Assembly: GCA_965238175.1 (NCBI GenBank) | Contig: CBDEGZ010000003.1 | Coordinates: 672,001 to 736,000 of the forward strand | Source of the DNA: Gammaproteobacteria bacterium | Lineage (GTDB): Bacteria; Pseudomonadota; Gammaproteobacteria; CAJXQU01 | DNA length: 64,000 nt | Direction of reading: 5' to 3' | Shown here: piece after piece, positions 10,513-23,410 of the stretch | How positions within the stretch are numbered: the stretch's first letter is position 1 | Layout of the letters: every line of letters starts with the position of its first letter | Position numbers and translations under genes: made by a program | The notes under the pieces: model-generated | Databases searched by the model: none | What the model was told of the DNA's origin: nothing | What the model saw: only the letters and a program-made list of their open reading frames with translations

Positions 10513-12549
10513 ATGCACATGGACGAACAAAATAACGATTTTTTTGCCCAACTAGGTTTAGATAGCGATCCCTTTCCTGCCGAGATAGATAGTTCTTTCT
10601 ATTTCGAAAATCCCGATCTGCTACAACGTCTGGATATGATCCAGCATTTGATCGGTTTCTCTAATCAGATGATATTTATCACTGGCCAACAAGGGGTTGG
10701 AAAAACCTCAATGCTGCATCGTTTGGAATATTATGCCCCAGAAAATTGGCGTATCTGTCGGATCCAGGCAAATCCGATGCTAAACACACCAACCCTGTTA
10801 CGTCTGCTAACTGATGGATTTGAGCTTGAAATTTCCGCGGATGCTGGTGATATGTTTCAGGTTTATACAGAGGCTCTACAAGCATACGTCCAAACACTTG
10901 AACGCGCTATGTTGAACCCCGTGGTTTTGATCGATAATGCCCACGAACTACCGGTCGATGCGTTCACTATGTTATTTGGTTTTATGCAGCAGGAAGGTAG
11001 TCATTCGGGTATGAAAATGGCATTGTTCTGTGAACCACAGATCAACGTCATGCTTGAGTCTCCGCAACTTAAATCTTTATCGCAGAATTTGACCCATCAA
11101 TTGGAAATTCCTTCGTTTGATGAAAAGCAAACGAGAGGCTACCTTGAACAAAGACTAATGCATGCTGGCCTTAGCAAAGATTTTCCCTTCCTTTCAGAAG
11201 TTGTACATAAAATCCACCGAGAATCGGGTGGGATCGCTGGCAAGATACATATACTTGCACAACAGGCTTTACTTGATGGAAGTACCCAAAATGAACCGCC
11301 ACCATTACCAGTGGTTGATGAGATAATGGATCTTGAAGATGATGCTACGCCTTCTGCAATGTCTGCCTCGAAGAGAGCAATAGAAAAAGTAGTGCCTATC
11401 GGTCGTAAGTTCCAGAGTTGGCAAATTGGGGTAGTGGCTGTCGTGTTTGTTCTACTCGCTGCTGTACTTTGGTTAACAAGTCAATTTGGTGATACAACCG
11501 AATCGATGATCGCTGAAGAGTTTCCCCGCGATTTAAAACCTGAGCAAGAAGATAACAATATAGAAGAGCCGGAAGCGCTTAATCCCAGTTTGTTCGTGGA
11601 AACTTCTTCTTCCGAGGAAGTTACTACGATTGAGCCAGAAACGGGTACAGAAAAAGGGCAGGATCTAGGTGCTAAAGAAACTGATTTTGTGAGAGGAGAA
11701 ACTTCGCTAGAAGAGCTAACCCAAAGAGAAGTAGTCGAAGAGATTGAAGTGATTGTTTCACCAGACGTTCGAAAAGAGGAAGCTTCAAAAGCTGAGAAAA
11801 ATAAGACCCATGCCCATGAGCCTGGTTTGAAAGAAGAAATAGTTGAACCGTATCGTCAGTTTGTAGAAGTTCTAGAAGTACCGGATAAAAAACCAGAGCA
11901 ACCAAGCGAAACAGCTCATCAGCAAAGTGAAATTACAGTTCAAATCGATGAAAATGGAAAACCTCAAGTTGTCGGTATTGAATTATCGGCAGCAGAATCG
12001 CTCAAAATAGTAGAAAAATTAATAGAAAATCAAGTGAGAAAACCAACAACCCGTTTGCCGGATGTAACGACAGAAACAGCTATTATTAATCAAAAAGAAA
12101 CACCAAAAGAACAGGCTTTAACTGCGGTAATTCAACCAGAACCTGCTATACAGGAACAAGCCATTACGAAAATACCTAAAAAAGATGTTGTAGCTACTTC
12201 AACAGCAATTGTTGAACAACAAGTTGAGCCATTAAGTACTCCATTTATTGGGATTAAAGATGGTGCCTGGTTGCGAGCACAAGATGATAATCTATTCGTG
12301 TTACAACTTTTGGGAACATATGATCAACTGGCAATGCGTAAGATTATTAATGAAAATCAGCTGGGTAATGTTGCGTGGTTTACAACGTTGCTTAATGATG
12401 AGCCGTGGTATGTCGTTGTAAAAGGACCGTTTATAGATAGTTCTTCAGCCACTGCTTCGGCGGTCTCACTGCCCGCTGAAATTCGTCGCCGCAAACCCTG
12501 GCCAAGAACAATAGCTAGTGTCAAAAAAGCGATGGATTTAATACAATGA
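10513..12549 (+). CDS. ExeA-like AAA domain + TM + SPOR-domain protein (DamX-like)
   Basis: GQQGVGKT Walker A, central TM helix, acidic linker, C-terminal SPOR (LQLLG...WYVVVKGPF...PWPR); position after aroB. Confidence 0.85.
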   Translation: MHMDEQNNDFFAQLGLDSDPFPAEIDSSFYFENPDLLQRLDMIQHLIGFSNQMIFITGQQGVGKTSMLHRLEYYAPENWRICRIQANPMLNTPTLLRLLTDGFELEISADAGDMFQVYTEALQAYVQTLERAMLNPVVLIDNAHELPVDAFTMLFGFMQQEGSHSGMKMALFCEPQINVMLESPQLKSLSQNLTHQLEIPSFDEKQTRGYLEQRLMHAGLSKDFPFLSEVVHKIHRESGGIAGKIHILAQQALLDGSTQNEPPPLPVVDEIMDLEDDATPSAMSASKRAIEKVVPIGRKFQSWQIGVVAVVFVLLAAVLWLTSQFGDTTESMIAEEFPRDLKPEQEDNNIEEPEALNPSLFVETSSSEEVTTIEPETGTEKGQDLGAKETDFVRGETSLEELTQREVVEEIEVIVSPDVRKEEASKAEKNKTHAHEPGLKEEIVEPYRQFVEVLEVPDKKPEQPSETAHQQSEITVQIDENGKPQVVGIELSAAESLKIVEKLIENQVRKPTTRLPDVTTETAIINQKETPKEQALTAVIQPEPAIQEQAITKIPKKDVVATSTAIVEQQVEPLSTPFIGIKDGAWLRAQDDNLFVLQLLGTYDQLAMRKIINENQLGNVAWFTTLLNDEPWYVVVKGPFIDSSSATASAVSLPAEIRRRKPWPRTIASVKKAMDLIQ

Positions 12550-12873
12550 GATCTTTGCACGAAAGCTATTTTCATCCCATGCGATGTTAAAACATTGCTT
12601 AACCGGTCATTTATCATGCATAAACTCCCTCTTTGCGCATGTTTTTGCCTTGCCTGGAAACGAAATATTCTTCCGTGCAAAGGTCTGACAATAAATTAAC
12701 CACTCGTTAAACCTGACTACTCTATCCTCTTAAGAGAAACTCAGAAAACTCACCATTATTGAGCTTTTGGGTAATGCGTGTTCGTTCCTGAATCGTGACA
12801 TTTTGACAACTCGACGCTATACTCTCCGGCCTTTTGCTTTCAATTGGACGAAAAAAGAAAGTTTCATGACATC

Positions 12874-13138
12874 TATACCCAAGTTCCTTGAGAATGCCTG
12901 TTTCAGCGAGGCAATACGGTTTTGCAACAAGGCAACGTACGCAGGCAATGGTGGTTCCATTTCCAAGGACGTTAACGCGGTTGCAGAGCCGCATTGCCTC
13001 GCCTTTTGGGTGGTCATGAAGCCCTCCCTCGCGGCGTTCTGTTTTTTGATAATGGAACCACCGTTATCTGCAAAACAGGCCTTGTCAGGAAGCGCATCAT
13101 GACCACTGAAACAAGCACTCTCAAGGAACTTGGGTATA
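12874..13138. mobile_element. ERIC-like MITE inserted at TA in the 5' end of gltB
   Basis: TATACCCAAGTTCCTTGAGA...TCTCAAGGAACTTGGGTATA terminal IR (20 bp perfect, about 35 bp imperfect) with duplicated TA. Confidence 0.9.
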
Positions 13139-16100
13139 GAACTCAAGCTCCTACTTCCGGCCTTTATCGCCCAGAATTCGAAAAAGACAATTGTGGTTTT
13201 GGTTTGATCGCTCATATGGATGGTAAGCCAAGTGTAAATCTTGTAAATACGGCAATTATTTCACTTTGTCGTTTGACGCATCGCGGTGCAGTTTCAGCCG
13301 ATGGAAAGACTGGTGATGGCTGTGGTTTATTAATGAAAAAACCACACGCATTTTTACAAGTTGTCGCCCAAGAAAATTTGTTTGATCTCGCTGAAGTTTA
13401 TGCGGTAGGCATGGTTTTTCTTAGCCATGATAAGGATCTCGCCAACACCACACGTCAAACACTCGAAAAAGAAATATCACAAGAAGGGTTGGAAGTCCTC
13501 GGCTGGCGAGAAGTGCCAGTTAATCCAGATGCTTGTGGTGAAGATGCGGCCTTATCACGACCACAAATTGAACAAATATTCGTCAATGCGCCCAAAGGCC
13601 TGTCAGAAGAAGATTTCAATCGTCATCTGTTCGTTGCTCGTCGTCGTACAGAAAAGGCATTAGAAGAAAATGATCCAGTCTTTTATATTCCGAGTCTATC
13701 TTCACATGTAATCTCTTATAAAGGTCTGGTGATGCCTGCCCATTTAGGTGAGTTTTATCTGGATCTAACGCATGAAAAAATGGCTTCATCGTTGTGTGTT
13801 TTCCATCAGCGATTTTCGACGAATACCTGGCCACAGTGGCGACTGGCTCAACCTTTTCGCTACCTCGCGCATAATGGTGAGATCAACACCATTCGAGGTA
13901 ATCGTAACTGGGCGTTGGCGCGTGGTGGAAATATTCAGTCAGTATTGATCCCTGATATGGAGGATATTTGTCCGTTTGTATCTCAATCTGGTTCGGACTC
14001 ATCTTCACTGGATAATATGCTAGAAGTGTTGATCGCAGGCGGCAAAGATATTTTCGAAGCGATGCGTATGTTGGTTCCACCTGCCTGGCAAAATATGGAA
14101 TTTATGGATCCGGATCTGCGAGCACTGTATCAATATAATGCGATGCGCATGGAGCCTTGGGATGGCCCTGCAGGAATTGTATTAACAGACGGTCGTTACG
14201 CGGCTTGCTTGCTCGACAGGAATGGCTTGCGTCCTTCTCGTTATGTGATCACAAAAGATCGACATATCACATTAGCCTCAGAGATTGGCGTTTATGAATA
14301 TGATCCTGCCGATGTGGTTGAAAAAGGTCGTCTTGGCCCCGGTCAAATGTTAGCGGTCGATACGCATACTGGCAAAATGATCCTGCCGCAAGAAGTCGAT
14401 GAGATGTTGAAATCCAGGCATCCGTATAAATCCTGGATCAATCAAAATACACAAGTTTTAGAAGCCCCGTTCAACTATGAACTTTTAACTGAGCATCCGT
14501 TGGAAAAAGATCAACTTGAAGCTTATTTAAAACTTTTCCAGGTGACCTACGAAGAGCGTGATCAAATTTTGCGCGTCCTTGCAGAAGCCGGTCAAGAAGC
14601 CATAGGCTCAATGGGCGATGATACGCCGATGCCGGTTTTGTCTGTACATACACGATCAGTTTTTGATAATTTCCGTCAGCAATTTGCCCAGGTGACCAAC
14701 CCTCCGATTGATCCGCTACGCGAAAATATCGTTATGTCACTGAATACCTATCTTGGTGCGGAGAAAAATCTGTTCGACGAAGGGCCACAACATACTGAGC
14801 GACTATTATTGAATTCGCCAATTATCGGCAGTGGGAAATTTCATAGTCTGTTAGAAGATAATCCGATGTTCGAGCATGAAAAACTCGATCTAAATTATCC
14901 GATAGATAGAGATCTAAAGTCCGCAGTAGAAAACCTTTGCGAGCAAGCGGTTAAGGCTGTCGAGAATGGTAAAACTTTATTAGTTTTATCGGATAGAAAT
15001 ATTTCCAATGATAAGTTGCCAGTTCATGCAGCGCTTGCCACTGGCGCGATCCATCACCGATTGATTGTGGAAGGTTCACGTTGTAAAGCAAACATTATTG
15101 TTGAAACAGCCACTGTACGCGATCCGCATCACTTTGCAGTATTGATCGGTTATGGTGCAAGTGCGGTTTATCCATTCCTTGCTTATCAAACGATAAACGA
15201 TATGGTTCGTAGAGGTGAGATCAAAAATCCTGATACCAATCGTTTGGCTAAATCTTATCGAAAAGGCATACAGAAAGGGCTACTGAAGATCCTCTCGAAA
15301 ATGGGGATTTCGACGATGACTAGTTATCGAGGTGCTCAGTTATTCGAGATCGTAGGTTTGAATGAGGATGTCGTTGATCTGTGTTTCTGCGGTACTGTCA
15401 GCCGAATTCAAGGCATGAGTTTCAGCGATATAGAAACAGATCTTAAGTCGCTTGCAAAAGAGGCCTGGAATAAACGTAAACCGATCCGCCAAGGTGGTTT
15501 ATTGAAATATATCCACGGTGGTGAATACCATGCCTACAATCCGGATGTTATACAGAAATTACATGCCGCAGTAGAAAGTGGTGATTTTGCAGACTATAAA
15601 GAATATGCCGATGAAGTGAATAATCGTCCGGCGACCGCTTTTCGCGATTTAATGAAACTGCGTGATGATGTTGAGTCTATTGAAATTGATCAAGTTGAAC
15701 CAATTGAAGAAATTTTAAGCCGTTTTGATTCAGCCGGCATGTCGCTAGGCGCACTTTCTCCTGAAGCGCACGAATCATTAGCAGTTGCGATGAATCGACT
15801 CGGTGGTCGATCAAATTCTGGTGAGGGTGGCGAAGATCCAATTCGCTATGGAACAGATAAAGTCTCCAAGATTAAACAAGTAGCTTCCGGTCGCTTTGGA
15901 GTAACGCCACATTATTTAGTTAATGCAGAAGTCTTGCAAATCAAAGTTGCACAAGGTGCTAAACCGGGTGAAGGTGGTCAATTACCGGGTGATAAAGTCA
16001 ATCCTATGATTGCGTCATTGCGCTTCTCCAAACCGGGCGTCGCATTAATTTCGCCACCACCACATCACGATATTTATTCGATTGAAGATTTGGCCCAACT

Positions 16101-17601
16101 AATTTTTGATCTAAAACAAGTTAATCCGCAGGCATTAGTTTCAGTAAAGTTGGTTGCCGAAGCAGGCGTTGGGACAATCGCTGTTGGTGTTGCAAAAGCC
16201 TATGCAGATTTGATCACGATTTCTGGATATGACGGTGGAACCGGTGCAAGCCCACTGACCTCTGTGAAATATGCCGGTGGGCCTTGGGAATTGGGCTTGA
16301 CCGAAACTCATCAGTCATTACGTGCGAATAATTTACGTAATAAAGTTCGTTTGCAAACTGACGGCGGTTTAAAAACCGGGCTAGACGTGATCAAAGGCGC
16401 GATCCTCGGTGCAGAATCGTTTGGCTTCGGCACAGGTCCAATGGTTGGGTTGGGTTGTAAGTATCTACGGATCTGTCATTTGAACAATTGTGCGACAGGC
16501 ATTGCCACACAAGATAAAGATCTGCGTACCTTACACTTCAAACCAAACGGCGTACAAAAAGTGATGAATTATTTCAAGTTTATTGCTCAGGATGTTCGTG
16601 AGTTAATGGCGCGATTAGGCGTAGCAAAAATGACCGATTTGATCGGGCGAACTGATCTATTGGAATTAATTGATGGAGCAACATCGCGACAAGGTAAACT
16701 TGATTTATCACCAATACTTTCTGATCATGGCATTGATACTGATAAGCCACGGTATTGTGATGAAGAAAAAAATGAACCCTACGATAAAGGTGAATTAGCC
16801 GAACAAATGTTGGATCAAATTCGCGATGCTGTGGTTAATAAAACCGGTGGCGAATTCAACTTCGATATACATAACTATAATCGCTCTATCGGTGCACGTT
16901 TGTCCGGTGAAATTGCCCGACATCATGGCAACCAAGGAATGACGGATAAACCAATCAAGATCAACTTGAAAGGTTCAGCCGGACAAAGTTTTGGTGTCTG
17001 GAATGCGGGTGGGTTGGAAATGAAACTCGATGGCGATGCGAATGATTATGTAGGTAAAGGCATGGCGGGCGGAAAACTCGTGATTGCGCCTCCTGCGGTA
17101 AGCACTTTTGAATCCCACAAAACCGTGATCATGGGCAATACTTGTCTTTACGGTGCGACGGGCGGAAAACTATTTGCAGCCGGTCAAGCAGGTGAACGTT
17201 TTGCTGTTCGTAATTCTGGAGTCACTACAGTTGTTGAAGGGATTGGTGACCATGGTTGTGAATACATGACGGGTGGCGTGGTCGTTGTGTTAGGTAAAAC
17301 CGGTGTTAATTTCGGTGCTGGCATGACTGGCGGGCTTTCCTTTGTTCTTGATATGGACAGGATTTTTTATGATCAATTTAATCACGAATTGATCGACACC
17401 CACCGACTCTTACCAGAAGATATGGAAGAATATCGCAGCTACCTTAAAGAATTGATCAGAGAGCATGTTGAAGAAACTGGTAGTGTTTTTGGTCAAGAAA
17501 TTTTGGAAAACTTTTCTGACTATGTCGGCAAATTTTGGCTGGTTATTCCGAAAGCTGCAGATTTGAATGAGCTACTTGGCAGTTTGCTCGACGCAGCCTA
17601 A
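13099..17601 (+). CDS. gltB: Glutamate synthase large subunit (gammaproteobacterial type); likely present start ATG 13099, ancestral start 12866
   Basis: DNCGFG N-terminal Cys, [28 protein letters not shown], CxxxxxCxxxxC. Confidence 0.97.
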   Translation: MTTETSTLKELGYRTQAPTSGLYRPEFEKDNCGFGLIAHMDGKPSVNLVNTAIISLCRLTHRGAVSADGKTGDGCGLLMKKPHAFLQVVAQENLFDLAEVYAVGMVFLSHDKDLANTTRQTLEKEISQEGLEVLGWREVPVNPDACGEDAALSRPQIEQIFVNAPKGLSEEDFNRHLFVARRRTEKALEENDPVFYIPSLSSHVISYKGLVMPAHLGEFYLDLTHEKMASSLCVFHQRFSTNTWPQWRLAQPFRYLAHNGEINTIRGNRNWALARGGNIQSVLIPDMEDICPFVSQSGSDSSSLDNMLEVLIAGGKDIFEAMRMLVPPAWQNMEFMDPDLRALYQYNAMRMEPWDGPAGIVLTDGRYAACLLDRNGLRPSRYVITKDRHITLASEIGVYEYDPADVVEKGRLGPGQMLAVDTHTGKMILPQEVDEMLKSRHPYKSWINQNTQVLEAPFNYELLTEHPLEKDQLEAYLKLFQVTYEERDQILRVLAEAGQEAIGSMGDDTPMPVLSVHTRSVFDNFRQQFAQVTNPPIDPLRENIVMSLNTYLGAEKNLFDEGPQHTERLLLNSPIIGSGKFHSLLEDNPMFEHEKLDLNYPIDRDLKSAVENLCEQAVKAVENGKTLLVLSDRNISNDKLPVHAALATGAIHHRLIVEGSRCKANIIVETATVRDPHHFAVLIGYGASAVYPFLAYQTINDMVRRGEIKNPDTNRLAKSYRKGIQKGLLKILSKMGISTMTSYRGAQLFEIVGLNEDVVDLCFCGTVSRIQGMSFSDIETDLKSLAKEAWNKRKPIRQGGLLKYIHGGEYHAYNPDVIQKLHAAVESGDFADYKEYADEVNNRPATAFRDLMKLRDDVESIEIDQVEPIEEILSRFDSAGMSLGALSPEAHESLAVAMNRLGGRSNSGEGGEDPIRYGTDKVSKIKQVASGRFGVTPHYLVNAEVLQIKVAQGAKPGEGGQLPGDKVNPMIASLRFSKPGVALISPPPHHDIYSIEDLAQLIFDLKQVNPQALVSVKLVAEAGVGTIAVGVAKAYADLITISGYDGGTGASPLTSVKYAGGPWELGLTETHQSLRANNLRNKVRLQTDGGLKTGLDVIKGAILGAESFGFGTGPMVGLGCKYLRICHLNNCATGIATQDKDLRTLHFKPNGVQKVMNYFKFIAQDVRELMARLGVAKMTDLIGRTDLLELIDGATSRQGKLDLSPILSDHGIDTDKPRYCDEEKNEPYDKGELAEQMLDQIRDAVVNKTGGEFNFDIHNYNRSIGARLSGEIARHHGNQGMTDKPIKINLKGSAGQSFGVWNAGGLEMKLDGDANDYVGKGMAGGKLVIAPPAVSTFESHKTVIMGNTCLYGATGGKLFAAGQAGERFAVRNSGVTTVVEGIGDHGCEYMTGGVVVVLGKTGVNFGAGMTGGLSFVLDMDRIFYDQFNHELIDTHRLLPEDMEEYRSYLKELIREHVEETGSVFGQEILENFSDYVGKFWLVIPKAADLNELLGSLLDAA

Positions 17602-17607
17602 GCATAA

Positions 17608-19035
<1,428 letters not shown>

Positions 19036-19053
19036 AAATGTGGAATTTCGGCT

Positions 19054-20109
19054 ATGTCTTCATGCTTAAAAAATGATCGTTTCCTGAGAGCTTTATTAAA
19101 GCAACCTGTCGATATGACGCCCGTCTGGATGATGCGGCAAGCAGGCCGTTATCTGCCGGAGTATCGCGCCACTCGCAAAAAAGCAGGTGACTTTCTCACA
19201 CTGTGCAAAACGCCTGAATATGCTTGTGAAGTCACGCTTCAGCCATTGGAACGCTACGAGCTTGATGCGGCAATTTTGTTTTCTGACATTCTTACTATTC
19301 CAGATGCGATGGGACTGGGTTTATCTGTCAACGAAGGGGTCGGACCCCAATTTGAACGAACCGTAACAACAGAAAAAGATATTAATAACTTGATCGTCCC
19401 TGATCCTGAAGATGATCTGGGTTACGTAATGGATGCCGTTAGGCTGATCAAATCTGAATTGGATGGTCGAGTTCCACTGATTGGTTTTTCTGGTAGCCCG
19501 TGGACCTTAGCGACCTATATGATCAAAGGTGGATCATCGAAAGATCACAGTGAGATCAAAACGATGATGTATCAACAGCCAGAATTACTACACAAACTTC
19601 TGTCGACGATTACAGAATCTGTCATTAGTTATCTCAATGCACAAATCGCTGCTGGCGTTGAAACTGTAATGGTTTTTGATACTTGGGGTGGCGTGTTAAC
19701 CACCAATGATTACGAAGCGTTTTCATTACAATACATGCGAAAAATTGTTCAGAGTTTGGATACGGGAACCGGTGAAGACAGAATTCCTGCGATTGTGTTT
19801 ACCAAAGGCGGTGGTGGTTGGTTAGAACAAATTGCCGATACCGGCTGTGATGCTTTAGGACTCGATTGGACCATAGAAATCGGTGACGCACGAGCAAGAA
19901 TTGGTGACAGAGTTGCACTCCAAGGCAATATGGATCCAGCCATGTTACGAGCACCAGATGAGCGAATCAGACAAGAAGTGAAACACATTATTGAAAGTTA
20001 TGGCGAAGGAAGCGGACACGTTTTCAACCTTGGTCATGGAATCACACCGGATATTGATCCTGAAAAGGTTGGCGTTTTTATCGATGCTGTTCATGAATTC
20101 AGCAAATAA
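19054..20109 (+). CDS. hemE: Uroporphyrinogen decarboxylase
   Basis: [26 protein letters not shown]. Confidence 0.97.
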   Translation: MSSCLKNDRFLRALLKQPVDMTPVWMMRQAGRYLPEYRATRKKAGDFLTLCKTPEYACEVTLQPLERYELDAAILFSDILTIPDAMGLGLSVNEGVGPQFERTVTTEKDINNLIVPDPEDDLGYVMDAVRLIKSELDGRVPLIGFSGSPWTLATYMIKGGSSKDHSEIKTMMYQQPELLHKLLSTITESVISYLNAQIAAGVETVMVFDTWGGVLTTNDYEAFSLQYMRKIVQSLDTGTGEDRIPAIVFTKGGGGWLEQIADTGCDALGLDWTIEIGDARARIGDRVALQGNMDPAMLRAPDERIRQEVKHIIESYGEGSGHVFNLGHGITPDIDPEKVGVFIDAVHEFSK

Positions 20110-20243
20110 TTATCTTTTTGTCCGATTTTGGCGTTGGATCAATTTCTGCGATCCTCATGTATGGTTTATACACTGCGGTTCTCGAAATTAATCCGCCTTA
20201 AACTCGAACAAAAATCTGAATTATTAGAGATAATTAATTTCAT

Positions 20244-21152
20244 ATGAGATCAAAAATAATTCTTGCAATAAAAGGTATGTGCATGGGAACTGCAGATGTG
20301 ATCCCCGGAGTCAGTGGCGGCACGATGGCTTTCATCCTCGGGATTTACGAACAGCTTCTTGCTGCAATAAAATCATTTGACCTCGAATGCTTAAAACGAT
20401 TATTCACCGGCGATCTAAAAGGTGCAATCACACGACCGCATTTCGGATTTATTATCCCACTGTTCATTGGGATTATCGCGGCACTGATGTTCTTCACGCG
20501 AGTCATTCCCTTACCGAAATTAATCATCAGCCAACCAGAATTGATCTACGGATTATTCTTTGGGCTTATTCTCGGATCAATTATTGTCCTGCTCAAACAT
20601 ATCGGTGAGATTAAACTAAAAGATCTGATTACGATCGGCGGGGGGATTGCTATTGGACTTTTGGTCGTAACCATGACACCAAAAGATACGCCGGATGCGA
20701 GTTGGTTTATTTTCTTCTGCGGCGCGATAGCAATCACCGCCATGATTCTGCCAGGAATTTCAGGATCATTTATTCTTTTGATCCTCGGAAAATACGCTCA
20801 CATACTTGATGGTATCAGCCATTTTAATCTAAGTATCTTGATCCCCTTCGCCCTCGGTGCTGCGAGTGGATTAATTTTCTTCAGCCGTTTTCTTTCATGG
20901 TTGTTAGCCCATTTCCATAAAGCGACTTTATTAATCATAAATGGAATATTGATTGGATCACTTTGGGTGATCTGGCCATTTCAAAATCGAGAATATGTAG
21001 AAGTAAGAGAAAAGAAACGCTTGATTGATTCAACGCCGATCTTGCCTGAATCATTCGATTCGATGGTAATCAATTCACTAATATTAATGTTGGTGGGTTT
21101 TTCGTTGGTGTTGTTTATTGGATATCTGGGAACGCGTAAAAAAGCAGCTTAG
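20244..21152 (+). CDS. DUF368 membrane protein (undecaprenyl-phosphate translocase family)
   Basis: Repeated ADVIPGVSGGT / AMILPGISGS motifs. Confidence 0.9.
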   Translation: MRSKIILAIKGMCMGTADVIPGVSGGTMAFILGIYEQLLAAIKSFDLECLKRLFTGDLKGAITRPHFGFIIPLFIGIIAALMFFTRVIPLPKLIISQPELIYGLFFGLILGSIIVLLKHIGEIKLKDLITIGGGIAIGLLVVTMTPKDTPDASWFIFFCGAIAITAMILPGISGSFILLILGKYAHILDGISHFNLSILIPFALGAASGLIFFSRFLSWLLAHFHKATLLIINGILIGSLWVIWPFQNREYVEVREKKRLIDSTPILPESFDSMVINSLILMLVGFSLVLFIGYLGTRKKAA

Positions 21153-21229
21153 ATTCAATGTGAAATAAGAAAGAACAACTTATTAAATAAATCTGGTTAG
21201 TAATCTGATAGTTCTGTGGTCTCGGCTTT

Positions 21230-21309
21230 GAGATCCTTCGCAAAGCTCAGGATGACGAATTTTCTTCAACTAAAACGTCATTCTGACGACGCGAGGAGGA
21301 AGAATCTCA
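21230..21309. repeat. REP-like paired palindrome (GTCATTC family)
   Basis: GAGATCCTTCG..CTCAGGATGAC ... GTCATTCTGA..CGAGGAGGAAGAATCTC between convergent genes. Confidence 0.7.
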
Positions 21310-21369
21310 TGAACGAAGTAATTAAGGTGCTCGTTATAGAAGTAAACTCTAGCAACGAGTCCAAGCTAA

Positions 21370-21636
21370 TTAAGTCTGTCCCATTTCCTGGATCAAATAA
21401 TCTTCCATTAACTGCTTTATTTTTGTTTGATATTTAACATCTTCCAATTGGCATTTACCCCGGAACGTATTTAGAAGATTTTCAGGAATTTTTATACTGA
21501 TCAATTTTGAAGGGGATTTGGGTTTTTGACGATGAAGATTAGAAAAATCTTCCAGAAAGTTGAGAATGTCATCTGCACCAAGATCGGCACAACGTTGTAA
21601 ATAAGTAGCATTAAATTTTTGTACAGTCTTCATCAA
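21370..21636 (-). CDS. Small protein with C-terminal BrnA/CopG-like RHH
   Basis: SKLISIKIPENLL...YQTKIKQLM; ATGA-coupled to the upstream gene. Confidence 0.65.
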   Translation of the reverse strand: MMKTVQKFNATYLQRCADLGADDILNFLEDFSNLHRQKPKSPSKLISIKIPENLLNTFRGKCQLEDVKYQTKIKQLMEDYLIQEMGQT

Positions 21637-22103
21637 AGTCCCTCTTTCAATTGTAATAACGCTTTAACATCTTCCAGGTCTTGCGGTCGACCACTTTCCT
21701 TTTTCATCTCGATCAAATCATTTAGCGAAAGTAATTTGATCGCACCATTACCGGTTTTAATACTCTTAGTTCGCTTCCCAGCCAGATCATAATTAATAAT
21801 AATATCGATCTGACGATCAGGTCGATTCTTATCGACAAACTGCCACGCGATTAAATTTCGATTATTAATATACTCATCCCGAAACTGAAAAATATTTTCA
21901 GCAGTTACCGGAAGATGAGACTCTAACCCAAGGCTCTTCAACGCTTCTTCAAGCTTTTTTAAATTCGCCAGCGACCACTTCGTCACAAAATCGATATCAA
22001 ACGTACCACGAACCGCACCATGCAAAGCAACGGCATAACCACCAACAATCGCGTATGGAATACGTTTAGCGGCCAACAAGTCACAAACTTCATTAATTAG
22101 CAT
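21633..22103 (-). CDS. Nucleotidyltransferase (DUF6036-like)
   Basis: IVGGYAV..HG..RGTFDID and LIEMK..SGRPQDLED. Confidence 0.85.
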   Translation of the reverse strand: MLINEVCDLLAAKRIPYAIVGGYAVALHGAVRGTFDIDFVTKWSLANLKKLEEALKSLGLESHLPVTAENIFQFRDEYINNRNLIAWQFVDKNRPDRQIDIIINYDLAGKRTKSIKTGNGAIKLLSLNDLIEMKKESGRPQDLEDVKALLQLKEGL

Positions 22104-22105
22104 AA

Positions 22106-22123
22106 GTATATACTAGTATATAC
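22106..22123. promoter_or_regulatory. Perfect 18-bp palindrome, probable operator
   Basis: GTATATACTAGTATATAC, 2 nt upstream of the ATG at 22103, containing TATACT. Confidence 0.55.
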
Positions 22124-22271
22124 CATAATATTAAAAGTGCCTTGCTGTAAGGAATAATAGTTCAATAAAAATTTGTTAACTAAAGACAACTAATCAACAG
22201 TAGAATTCAATTATACCGGGCTTAATAGTAGTATTTTGTCCTTTTAATTGATTAAGTATCAAAAGGACATA

Positions 22272-22685
22272 ATGAATATAAAACAAGTTCTCTTTGTTGC
22301 GGCCATATTAATGTCTGGTTGTGCTTCAAACCACAATTTAAATGAAGATGGTGTAAACCGATTTGGCGGTGGAGGTTTCCGTGATAGTGAGATTCTTATT
22401 GGTTTTCATAAACTTATGGTCAGAACAAATTCTGGTTTATCGGAGAATTTGTCAACTGCTCGGGAAGCTTGGAAAAAAAGAGCGACTGAACTATGTGATG
22501 GTTCTGGTTATAAAGATATTAAAATCCATGAGAATTCCTATAACGCTAGTTCTGGTGGTGAATTTGAACCACCATGGCCATTAATTCGTACTAAAAGAAC
22601 TGGTTATATTTTATGTACACCCTCAACTACGACTCTTGAGGATGTAGAAGAATATTTAGCAAATCGAGGGCGTAAAATAAATTGA
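22272..22685 (+). CDS. Hypothetical lipoprotein
   Basis: Lipobox MSGC; SD AAGGA before ATG 22272. Confidence 0.7.
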   Translation: MNIKQVLFVAAILMSGCASNHNLNEDGVNRFGGGGFRDSEILIGFHKLMVRTNSGLSENLSTAREAWKKRATELCDGSGYKDIKIHENSYNASSGGEFEPPWPLIRTKRTGYILCTPSTTTLEDVEEYLANRGRKIN

Positions 22686-23168
22686 AATATAATATATTAT
22701 TGATTACTTCGATATTATTGATAAGCAGTTGTGTATCGTATCAACCGATACCAGAAGGTTACACAGGTCCTACTACGACTATTTATGATAGTTCGGAAAC
22801 AAATATCTCCAACAAAGGTCTTTTTCTTCCAGTTAACTACTGTCAATGGCAGGAATATATCCACTAGTTCTGGTGAAACTTATGAAGCTAATTATGGGAG
22901 AGGTTTTGCTATGAATCCCGTTACTGCAGTTAGACAAGTTCCTGCGGAAAGTTCAAAGTTAAAGATAGAAGGAATTACATACTTTGCTGCACCAATTTTA
23001 AATCTACTAAGTGAGAGTTTTAGTGCTGAAGGCGAGGTCGAGCTGGATGTTTCAGAGGGGCATAGTTACTACGTAAAAGGGGAGCTTTCAAAAGAATATT
23101 CAGCCATCTGGATTGAAGACAATAATGGTAAGATTGTAACTAAGAAGATAGAGAAACGTACCCCATAA
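22682..23168 (+). pseudogene. Lipoprotein split by a frameshift near 22790-22820
   Basis: Lipobox ISSC is in ORF 22682..22867; the body continues in the frame of 22731..23168. Confidence 0.65.
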
Positions 23169-23320
23169 TTTTTTGTACTGGGGTATATAGTCAAAGGTAC
23201 GGAATGATTGTTAGAAGAAGTTCCATATAACAATGAGTATCACACCAGCAGAATTAGGCTGACGACTATATATAAACTCAAGACTTATCATATTCTGGAT
23301 CAACATAAATTTTAGTAATA

Positions 23321-23400
23321 TAGGTCGAGTTAGTGAAGCGTAATCCGACATAAACTAGTGCTTGGTCGATGTTGGATTACGCGATGCTAATCCAACCTAC
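23321..23400. repeat. GTAG-type REP doublet (REPIN-like)
   Basis: TAGGTCGAGTTAG..GCGTAATCCGACA and the inverted TGTTGGATTACGC..CTAATCCAACCTAC. Confidence 0.8.
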
Positions 23401-23410
23401 AAAAGAAATT

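Noticed and set aside
12722-13215. Overlapping ORFs with self-similar peptides upstream of gltB, and the TTG start at 12994
   Set aside because: Products of the MITE inverted repeat rather than independent genes.
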